DNA from: Anaeramoeba ignava BMAN | Taxonomy: Eukaryota > Protista > Anaeramoebae | Assembly: GCA_028826165.1 (NCBI GenBank) | Contig: JAPDFW010000062.1 | Span: forward strand, 1 to 64,000 | Reading direction: 5' to 3' | DNA: 64,000 bases | Shown here: piece after piece, positions 27,501 to 38,816 of the stretch | Layout of the letters: every line of letters begins with the position of its first letter | How positions within the stretch are numbered: position 1 is the first letter of the stretch | The notes under the pieces: generated by a model | Seen by the model: only the letters and a program-made list of their open reading frames with translations | What the model was told of the DNA's origin: nothing | Databases searched by the model: none | Made by a program: the position numbers and the translations under genes

Positions 27501-28041
27501 ATATTTATTTTAATATTTATTTTAATATTTATTTCAATATTAATTTCAATATTTATTTCAATATTTATTTCAATATTTATTTCAATATTTATTTCAATAT
27601 TTATTTCAATATTTATTTCAATATTTATTTATATATTTATTTTAATATTTATTTCAATATTTATTTATATATTTATTTCAATATTTATTTCAATTTTTAT
27701 TTCAATTTTTATTTCAATATTTATTTTAATTTTTATTTCAATATTTATTTCAATTTTTATTTATATATTTTAATATTTATTTTAATATTTATTTTAATAT
27801 TTAATTTAATGTTTATTTATATATTTATTTCAATTTTCCTGTTGTTTTACTGATTGTATTGATTTGCTAAAATAACTGATGCTTGAATTGTTTGTGTTTC
27901 TGTTACTTCAATTGAAAAATTTCCAAGAGATTTTACAAATGAAGCTGCTTGTTTATACCAAATATCAAAAATTTCTGCTCCACAATCCCCTTGTGTATAA
28001 GGATCATTTGAGCGTAATTTTTCTAAAGCTTGTGAAAACAT
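21566..28041 (-). CDS. Large hypothetical helical protein with Q/N-rich C-terminal repeats; exons 28041-27851, 26147-24442, 23405-21566 (probable 1-nt error near 23280)
   Basis: Three long coding-like ORFs joined by phase-matched GT-AG introns (CA|A, G|AC). No family recognised. Confidence 0.7.
23410..24435. repeat. Intronic (TTTTAA)n / TTATAAATGAATTT mosaic repeat
   Basis: Direct reading. Confidence 0.9.
26150..27835. repeat. Intronic (ATATTTATTTCA)n minisatellite
   Basis: Direct reading. Confidence 0.95.
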
Positions 28042-28177
28042 GAAATAAATGAAAAAAAATGAAAAATGAAAAATTGAAAAAATGAAAAAATGAAAAAATT
28101 AAAAAAATTGCGAAAAAAATTCCTGTTCTAATTTCCATCAAAATAATTCCACTTTTCTTTTACATTTTTATTTTTAT

Positions 28178-28946
28178 TTTGATATTGATATTGATATTGA
28201 TATTGATATTTATATTGATATTTATATTGATATTTATATTGATATTTATATTGATATTAATATTTATATTGATATTTATATTTAATTTGATTTTAATATT
28301 TATATTAATATTGATATTTATATTTATTTTGATATTGATATTGATATTGATATTGATATTGATATTGATATTGATATTGATATTTATATTTATATTTATA
28401 TTTATATTGATATTGATATTTATATTGATATTGATATTGATATTGATATTGATATTGATTTTGATATTTATATTGATATTGATATTTATATTTATATTGA
28501 TATTTATATTGATATTGATATTTATATTTATATTGATATTGATATTTATATTTATATTGATATTGATGATTGATATTTTATATTGATATTGATATTTATA
28601 TTTATATTGATATTGATATTGATATTGATATTGATATTGATATTGATATTGATATTTATATTGATATTGATATTGATATTGATATTGATATTGATTTTGA
28701 TATTGATTTGATATTTGATATTTATATTGATATTATATGATTTATATTGATATTTATATTGATATTTATATTGATATTTATATTGATATTTATATTGATA
28801 TTTATATTGATATTTATATTGATATTTATATTGATATTTATATTGATATTTATATTGATATTGATATTGATATTTATATTGAATTTGAATTTGAATTTGA
28901 ATTTGAATTTGATATTTATATTAATTTTGATTTTGATTTTGATTTT
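28178..28946. repeat. Intergenic (ATATTG/ATATTT)n microsatellite between divergent genes
   Basis: Direct reading. Confidence 0.95.
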
Positions 28947-29442
28947 AAATTAAACCTGTCAATTTATAAAATGGGGGTAAAAAAAATAATCAAACAAAAC
29001 AAAATTCTTTTTTCTTTTTCTTGATCAATTTTAATTGAAATTTTATTTGAAATTTTAATTGAAAAAAAAAATAATTATGATCCCAAAACTGGGGGATTAA
29101 ATATATCAATTGAAAAATTTTAATCATTTTTATCATTTATTTGCTTTTCTTAATTTTAATTCACAAATAAAATAATAAAAATGGGGGATTTATGACAACA
29201 AAAAAAAATCTTTTTTATTCTTAATTTTGAAAATAGATTATTTATTCTTTTTTTGATTTAATACGTTTTATAAAAGAATTTAATAAAAAAATTTAATAAA
29301 AAAATTTAATAAAAAAAGATCGAAATTTAAAAGAATTTTTTTATTGAAAGATCTTTTTCACTTTTTTCAATTTTATTTTGAAAAATTTTTTTTACTTTGA
29401 TTTTTTACTTTATTTTTTAAAAACAAATCCTAAAAAAGCAAA

Positions 29443-31558
29443 ATGGGAAACGTAAATTCTGCTAAAAAAAAGATTTCAAAAAGAGAAATTAAAGAATATA
29501 AAAGAAGAGTATCTCGTTGTTCTGAATCAATTCTTTTAGTTGATGATAAAGCTAATTTTATTAGAGCAAACAGAGCTGCTATTAAAATGTTCAAAGCAAA
29601 ATCAAAAAAAGATGTTCTTTCAAGAGGCCCAGCTGGTTTAGCTGGTCCTTATCAACCTGCTTTTAAAATGCCTACAAAACAAGCTACTGATTTGATATTG
29701 AGAAATGCTTTTGAGTAAATTCTCTTTTTTCCTCAAATTTTTTTCAACTTTTTTGCTAATTTATTTTTTTTTTCTTTATTAAAAAAAAAGATCCCCTGAT
29801 GGTTTTTATGATTTTGATTTTCTTCATATTGATCTTGATGGGAAAGAATTTTGGTGTCATGTAAATTTATTAATAATCTAAAATAAATATTCAAAAAATA
29901 TTCTAATCAAGATTTAAATAAATATTGAAATAAATATTAAAATAAATATTAAAATAAATATTTAAATAAATATTGAAATAAATATTAAAATAAATATTAA
30001 AATAAATATTTAAATAAATATTAAAATATTGAAAAAAATATTTAAATAAATATCCAAAATAAATATCCAAAATAAATATTAAAATAAATATTAAAATAAA
30101 TATTAAAATAAATATTAAAATAAATATTATTCAAAATATAAATATTATCCAAAATATAAATATTATCCAAAATATAAATATTATTCAAAATATAAATATT
30201 ATCCAAAATATAAATATTATCCAAAATATAAATATTGAAATAAATATTTAAATAAATATTCAAATAAATATTGGAAATAAATATTATCCAAAATAAATAT
30301 TAAAATAAATATTAAAATAAATATTAAAATAAATATTAAAATAAATATTAAAATAAATATTAAAATCAAGATTTAAATAAATAATAAAATAAATATTTAA
30401 ATAAATATTAAAATAAATATTGAAATAAATATTATTCAAAATAAATATTAAAATAAATATTATCCAAAATAAATATTAAAATAAATATTAAAATAAATAT
30501 TCAATAAATATTCAAATAAATATTGAAATAAATATTATCCAAAATAAATATTAAAATAAATATTAAAATATTGAAAAAAATATTGAAAAAAATATTCAAA
30601 TAAATATCCAAAATAAATATCCAAAATAAATATCCAAAATAAATATTAAAATAAATATTAAATTAAATATTATCCAAAATAAATATTCAAAAAATATTCT
30701 AATCAAGATTTAAATATAAATTTTCTTATAAAAAAAAAGGTTTGGTTAACTCCAATTAATTGGGATGGAAAAATGGTTCTTCAAGGATATACAAGACCTG
30801 TTTCTGGACCTGGAGTAACTAAAGCATTTGATTTAGGTGAAGAAGCTTCTTTTTTTGTAAAACCAATTGCTGAAAAAATGTTACAAGCAAAATCAAAAAC
30901 AGAAACAGATTCACAAACTGATTCATTTATTGGAGATGATTTTAAATCAACTACAGAATTTTCAGATACAGAATATTCATCAAAAATTTCTGGACATTCT
31001 CCAAAAAACTCAGAAAATCCAACAAAGGAATCAGAAAGATCACTTAGAGAATCACAAAAATCAAAAAGAGAAGAAAGATCAAATAGAGATCAAGAAAATT
31101 TTCCAAAAGAATCAAAGAAAAAAAATGCCAAATCAAAGAAAGCACAAAGAGATACAACCACAAATTTTTCAAACATAATTCTTTTTGAAGCTGATGAGAA
31201 TACAGTCCAAATACAAAATCGAATTGATAAAATCAAAACAGTTGTTAGATCTCATGATAATCCAGTTCTTGAAAAAACCGTTGTTCAAGAATTAAATGAA
31301 ATCAAGAAAATATTCAATGAATCAACTCAAATTCTCCAAAAACATATTTCTCAATTAGCTGATAAATTACAAAAAGAAAGAAATCAAAATCAAGAAAAAT
31401 ATTCTCAATTAGAATTACATTTACAAAAAAGTCTTTCAAAAACACAAGAAGCTCAAAATGGATATGAAACTTTATTCAACAAAATGAAAGTTATTGAAGA
31501 ACTCTTTGATGATAAATTGGCACAAATTTTACATCCTCAATTCGAAAAACAAAATTAA
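29443..31558 (+). CDS. PAS-domain + coiled-coil protein, paralog A; exons 29443-29714, 29791-29860, 30740-31558
   Basis: ESILLVDDKANFIRANRAAIKMF..FDFLHIDLDGKEFWCHVWLTPI..MVLQGYTRPV is a PAS-like pattern. N-terminus MGNVNSAKKK; C-terminal heptads. Confidence 0.82.
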
Positions 31559-32016
31559 TTAATTCATTAATTCATTCCACTTTTTTCTTTGATTTTATTT
31601 TGAATTTTATTTGAAAATGAAAATTTCGAAAATTAATAAGGAATTTCAAGTAAAAAAATTTAACTCAAGTTTAATAAGAAATTTTGAAAAGGCAAAATCA
31701 AATTTTTGTTTGAAAATTTTTTCTTTTTTTTTCAATAAAAAATTTAATTTTTGTTGATCTTGTTTTGTTTTATTTTTTAATTTTTTTTTTTATTCGCAAT
31801 TCGAAAAATAAAAAAAAAGTAATTATTTCAATAAAATTTGATCATTCATTTTTTTTTCAAAAAAGATAAAATAAATGAATTTTTAAATTAATGAACCATT
31901 TCAAAAAGATTTTTTTTTATCATTTTTTTTCTTTTTTTTCTCTTTCTCCATTTTTTTTTTCACCTTTTCAAAAACAAAACAAAACAAACAAAAAAACAAT
32001 TCAAAAAAAAAGCAAA

Positions 32017-35000
32017 ATGGGAAACGTCAATTCAGCTAAAAAAAAGATACTCAAAAAACAAACAAAAGAATATAAAAAGAAAATTGCACAATTTAGCGAA
32101 GCAATAACACATTCAGATGAGAAAGGCAATTTTTTATATGTAAACAAAGCAGCCGTTAAAATGTTTAAAGCAAAATCCAAAAATGAAATTCTCTCTAGAA
32201 ATGCAGGAAGTTTAGCTGCTGCTTATCAACCTGCTTTTAAAATGCCTACTTATCAAGCAATAGGAGTCATTGGGAAAAATATTTTTGAGTAATTTGTTCT
32301 TTTTCTTTTAAAAAAAAAACGATCAAAAAAAAATCAAAATAAAATTTAAATTTAAATTAAAAATCAAATTAATATTAAAAATATTAAAAGATCCCCTGAT
32401 GGTTTTTATGATTTTGATTTTCTTCATATTGATCTTGATGGGAAAGAATTTTGGTGTCATGTAAATTTATTAATAAATATTAAAATAATTAATCAAATAA
32501 ATAATCAAATAAATATTTCCAAAAAAATTATTCCACAAAAATTATTCCAAAAAATTCTTTAAAACTATTAATTAAAAAAATATTCAAATCAAGATTTAAA
32601 TATAAATATTATCCAAAATAAATATTTAAAATAAATATTTCAAAATAAATATTTAAATAAATATTGAAATAAATATTGAAATAAATATTATCCAAAATAA
32701 ATATTATCCAAAATAAATATTCCAAAATAAATATTCCAAAATAAATATTATCCAAAATAAATATTATCCAAAATAAATATTATCCAAAAATAAATATTCC
32801 AAAATAAATATTAAAATAAAATTAAAAAATATTGAAATAAATATTATCCAATATAAATATTCCAAAAATAAATATTAAAATAAATATTCCGACCAATATT
32901 ATATAAAATAAATATTATCCAATATAAATATTAAAATAAAAAATAAAAATAAATATAAAAAAAATAAATATAAATATCCAAAATAAATATTCCAAAAATA
33001 AATATTTAAAAAATAAATATTAAAATAAATATTTAAATAAATATTAAAAATAAATATTCCAAAATAAATATTATCCAAAATAAATATTATCCAAAATAAA
33101 TATTGAAATAAATATAAATATTATCCAAAATAAATATTATCCAAAATAAATATTATCCAAAATAAATATTATCCAAAAAATAAATATTCAAAAAAATATA
33201 AAATATCCAAAATAAATATTATCCAAAAATAAATATTATCCAAAATAAATATTATCCAAAATAAATATTATCCAAAATAAATATTAAAATAAATATCTAT
33301 CCAAAATAAATATTAAAATAAAAATATCCAAAATAAATATTATCCAAAATAAAAAATAAATAAATATTATCCAAAATAAATATTATCCAAAATAAATATT
33401 ATCCAAAATAAATATATCCAAAATAAATATTCCAAAATAAATATTGTATCCAAAATAAATATTAAAATAAATATTCCAAAATAAATATTAAAATAAATAT
33501 CAAAATAAATATTTAAAAAATAAATATTATCCAAAATAAATATTATCCAAAATAAATATTCCAAAAATAAATATTCAAAATAAAATAATATCAAAATAAA
33601 TATTTCAAAATAAATATTGAAATATAAATATTATATCCAAAATAAATATTCCAAAAATAAATAAATATTCAAAATAAATATTGAAATAAATATTATCCAA
33701 AATAAATATTGAAATAAATATTATCCAAAAAAATAAAATATTAAAATAAATATTATCCAAAATAAATATTGAAATAAATATCCAAAATAAATATTATCCA
33801 AAATAAATTTTGACCTGGGGAACTCAAATATTATCCAAAATGGTTAAATATTATCCAATAAAATAAATTTTATCCAAAATAAATATTATCCAAAAATAAA
33901 TATTATCCAAAAAATAAATATTCAAAAATATTTCCAAAATATAAATATTATCCAAAAAATAAATATTATCAAAATAAATTATCCAAAATAAATATTTCGT
34001 CGGAAATAAATATTAAAATATTAAAATAAAAATATTAAAATAAATATTCCAAAATAAATATATCCAAAATAAATATTATCCAAAATAAATATTCCAAAAT
34101 AAATATTATTAAAAAATAAATATTATCCAAAATAAATATTATTCCAAAATAAATATTATTCAAAAATAAATATTCAAAATAAATATTATCTAAAAAATAT
34201 TAAAATAAATATTAAAAATATCCGAAGTTATTCAAAAATATAAATATTATCCAAAAATAAATATTAAAATAAATATTTTAAAATAAATATTTAAATAAAT
34301 ATTCCAAAATAAATATTCCAAAATAAATATTCCAAAATAAAATATCCAAAATAAAATATCCAAAATAAATATTCAAAAAATATTCTAAAATAAATTTTAT
34401 CCAAAATAAATATTATCCAAAATAAATATATCCAAAATAAATATTAAAAATAAAATATTAAAATAAATATTTCAATATAAATATTAAAATAAATATTATT
34501 CAATATAAATATTATCCAAAATAAATATTTCAAAAATAAATATTATCCAAAAAATAAAATATTCCAAAATAAATATTCAATATAAATATTATCCAAAATA
34601 AATATTATCCAAAATAAATATTATCCAAAATAAATATTATCCAAAATAAATATTCAATATAAATATTATCCAAAATAAATATTTCCAATATAAATATTAA
34701 AATAAATATTATTCAAAAAATATTCAAAAATATCCTAATAAAAATTTTCTTATAAAAAAAAAGGTTTGGTTAACTCCAATTAATTTGGGAGGAAAAATGG
34801 TTCTTCAAGGATATACAAGACCTGTTTCTGAACCTGGAATAACTAAAACATTAGATTTAAGTCAAGAAGCAGCTTTTTTTGTAAAACCAGTTAGTGAAAA
34901 ACAAAGTAAATCAAATTCCAAATCTTCCAATTCAAAAACAGAAACAGATTCACAAACTGATTCATTTGTTGGAGATGGTTTAAAATCAACTACAGAATTA

Positions 35001-35498
35001 TCAGATACAGAAAATCCTGTGAATTTTTCAGAAAAAACAAAAACAGAATCAATCCAAAAAACAAAAGATTTACAAGATCGAATTGAATCATTAACAACAT
35101 CAAGTCATTCAAGCATAATTCTTTTTGATAATGATGAAAATGAAGTCCAATTACAAAATCGAATTGATAAAATCAAATCAACTGTTAGATCTCATGATAA
35201 TCCAGTTCTTGAAAAAACCGTTGTTGAAGAATTAAATGAAATCAAGAAAATATTCAGTAATTCAACTCAAACATTCCAAAAACAAATTTCCCAATTAGCT
35301 GAAAAATTACAAAAAGAAAGAAATCAAAATCAAGAAAAATATTCTCAATTAGAATCACATTTACAAAAAAGTCTTGCAAAAACACAAGAAGCACAAAATG
35401 GATATGAAACTTTAGTTAACAAAATGAAAATTATTGAAGAAGTTTTTGATAACAAATTGAATCAAATTTTACATCCAAAATCCGAAAAACAAAATTAA
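32017..35498 (+). CDS. PAS-domain + coiled-coil protein, paralog B; exons 32017-32288, 32391-32460, 34764-35498
   Basis: Same exon structure and homology as paralog A. Confidence 0.82.
32480..34740. repeat. Intronic (AAAATAAATATTATCC)-type minisatellite; related repeat at 29880-30716
   Basis: Direct reading. Confidence 0.9.
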
Positions 35499-36217
35499 CT
35501 AATCAATTAATCAATCAATTAATTTCCTTTTTTTCTTTTTAATTTCCTTTTCTTTTTCTTTTTCTTTTTAATTAAAATTTGATCCTTTAAAAAAATAAAG
35601 GAAGCAAATTATTTTTGAAGAAGAAGATTTTTTTTAAATTTTTTATTCATTTAATTATTTGATCTTTTTTAATTTTGATCAAATTTTTTTTCCATTTTTT
35701 TTGTGCTTTTGTTTTGAATGAATATTATGATTATTTGATAAAATCTTTCACTTAAAATTAAAATTTGAATTGATCTTCAAGAAATATGATTAAAATTCTT
35801 TTAAAAATTTATTTTTTGTTTGTTTTGTTTGTTTTGTTCTTTGAAGGAAATCAATTTGATCTTCACTTTTCACTTTTCTATTTAATTTTTATTGAATTTG
35901 CTGAATAAGAAAATAAGCTTTTTAAATGGGGGTTTAGAGTGAATAAGAAAAAAAATCTTTGAAATTCTGAATTTAAGTTGAATAAGTAAGTATTAAGTTA
36001 ATTAATTTTTTAATATTTTTATGAATTAAAAGAAAGTTATGAATTGATTTAAATTGATTTGATTTAATTCTTTTTTTTTTTAAAAATTGATCAATTTTTA
36101 AAAGGAATTTCTTACAAAATTTTTTTCACTTTTTTTTTTTCATCAAATCTTTTTTTTATTGGAAAAATTTTTTTACTTTGATTTTATTTTTTATTTTAAA
36201 CAAAAAAAAAAGGAAAA

Positions 36218-38278
36218 ATGGGAGTTTCAAATTCTGCGAAAAAGAAAATTTCCAAAAGAGAAATTAAAGAATATAAAATGAGAGTAGAAAAATGTTCTGA
36301 ATCAATTCTTTTGGTTGATAATAAGGCTAATTTTATTGAAGCAAACAAAGCAGCTGTTAAAATGTTTAAAGCAAAATCAAAAAAAGATGTTCTTGAAAAA
36401 GGTCCAAATGGTTTAGCTGGTCCTTATCAACCTGCTTTTAAAATGCCTACAATGCAAGCTTCTGCTTTGGTTCTGAAAAATGCTTTTGAGTAAAATTCTC
36501 TTCTTTCCACAATTTTTTTTTATAAAACAAATTAAAACAAATTAAATTTAAATCAAATCAAAATCAAATTAAATTAAATCAAATCAAATCAAAATCAAAT
36601 TAAATCAAATCTCAAATCAAATTAAATTAAATCAAAATCAAATCAAATCAAATTAAATTAAATCAAATTAAATCAAATCAAATAAATATCAAATCAAATC
36701 AAATCAAATTAAATTCAAATTTAAATCAAATTAAATTAAATAAATCAAATCAAATTAAATCAAAATTAAATTAAATTAAATTAAATATCAAATTAAATCA
36801 AATTAAATCAAATATTAAATTAAATTAAATTAAAAAAATTAAATTAAAATCAAATCAAATCAAATCAAAATCAAATCAAATTAAATCAAATCAAATCAAA
36901 TTAAATCAAATCAAATCAAAATCAAAAATCAAATAAAAAATAAAATCAAATCAAATCAAATCAAATCAAATCAAATTAAATTAAAATTAAATCAAATTAA
37001 ATCAAATCAAAAATTATCAAATTAAATCAAATTCAAAATCAAATCAAATCAAATCAAATCAAATCAAATCAAATCATATCAAATCAAAATCAAATTAAAT
37101 TAAATTAAATCAAACCAAATTAAATCAAATCAAATTAAATCAAATCAAATTAAATATTAAATTTAAATCAAATCAAATTAAATCAAATCAAATATCAAAT
37201 CAAATTAAATTAAATCAAATCAAATTAAATCAAATTAAATCAAATCAAATTCAAATCAAATCAAATCAAATTAAATCAAATCAAATTAAAATCAAATCAA
37301 ATCAAATCAAATTAAATTAAATTAAATTAAATTAAATTAAATTAAATTAAATTAAATTAAATCAAATTAAATCAAATTAAATCAAATCAAATTAAATATC
37401 AAATCAACAAAAAGATCTCCTGATGGTTTTTATGATTTTGATTTTCTTCACGTTGATTGTGAGAATAAAGAATTTTGGTGTCATGTAAATTTATAAACAT
37501 TTCCAAAAATAAATATTTAAAAAATAAAATTGTCTTAAAAAAGGTTTGGGTTACTCCAATTAATTGGGGAGGTGAATTGGTTCTTCAAGGATACGCAAGA
37601 CCTGTTTCTGAACCTGGAATAACTAAAACATTTGATTTAAGTGAAGAAGCAGCTTTTTTTATAAAACCAGTTGCTGAAAAAATGTTACAAGCAAAATCAA
37701 CATCCAATTCAAAAACAGAAACAGATTCACAAACTGATTCATTTATTGGAGATGATTTTAAAACAACTACAGAATTATCAGATACAGAAAATCCTGTAAA
37801 TTTCTCAGAAGTAACATCACAAACAGATCAAGAAAGAAAACCAAAAACATCAAGCAAAAAACAAAAAGAAACAATAAATTCAAGTTTTCCCAATGTGATC
37901 CTTTTTGATAATGATGAAGATGAAATTCAATTAGAAAATCGAATTGATAAAATTAAATCAGTTGTTAGATCTCATGATAATCCAGTTCTTGAAAAAACCG
38001 TTGTTCAAGAATTAAATGAAATTAAGAAAATATTCAGTAATTCAACTCAAAATCTCGAAAAAAAAATTTCTCGTTTAGTTGATAAATTACAAAAAGAAAG
38101 AAATCAACACCAACAAAAATATTCTCAATTAGAATCACATTTACAAAAAAATCTTTCAAAATCACAAGAAGCTCAAAATGAATATGAAGTCTTATTTTCC
38201 AAAATGAAAAGTATTCAAGAAATTTTTGATGATAAAGTGAATCAAATTTTAAATCCAAAAATCGAAAAACAAAATTAA
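36218..38278 (+). CDS. PAS-domain + coiled-coil protein, paralog C; exons 36218-36489, 37415-37484, 37544-38278
   Basis: Same exon structure and homology as paralogs A and B. Confidence 0.82.
36525..37410. repeat. Intronic (AAATC/AAATT)n pentamer repeat
   Basis: Direct reading. Confidence 0.95.
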
Positions 38279-38816
38279 TCAATTAATTCCACTTTTTTTT
38301 TTCTTTTTTTCTTTTCTTTTCTTTTCTTTTCTTTTCTTTTAATTGGGAAATTAAATCAAAAATTAAATCAAAAATCATTTTATTTTTTAGATCATTTAGA
38401 TCATCAATAAAAAAAACTAATAAGAAGATTAATAAAAAAATTAATAAGAAAATTAATAAAAAAATTAATAAAAAGATTAATAAAAAAATTAATAAAAAGA
38501 TTAATAAAAAGATTTAATTAAATAAAGGAAAATTAAATAAAAAAACAATTTCTTTTTATTTTTTAAGGGGATTAAATAATTTAAATAAACAGATCAATTT
38601 AAAAAAAAATTTTTTTTCTTTGTTTTTTTATTTTAAAATTTAATTTTTCATTTTTCAAAGATCAATTTTTATTTTTAAAATTTTTATTTTTTTCTTTCAT
38701 TTTTTAATCATTTTTTAATCATTTCTTTAAGAAATTAAAAATAAAAAAATTTTTTTAAATTAATTTAATTTAAAAATAATCAACAAAAATAAAAATAATA
38801 AAAAAAATTTTTTTGA

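Noticed and set aside
32885-34230. GC-containing islands in the PAS-B intron (TTCCGACC at ~32888, GACCTGGGGAACTC at ~33812, CGTCGGAA at ~33998) as possible inverted termini of an element
   Set aside because: The matches are short and imperfect in a poorly resolved repeat, with no target-site duplication. Basecalling noise is likely.
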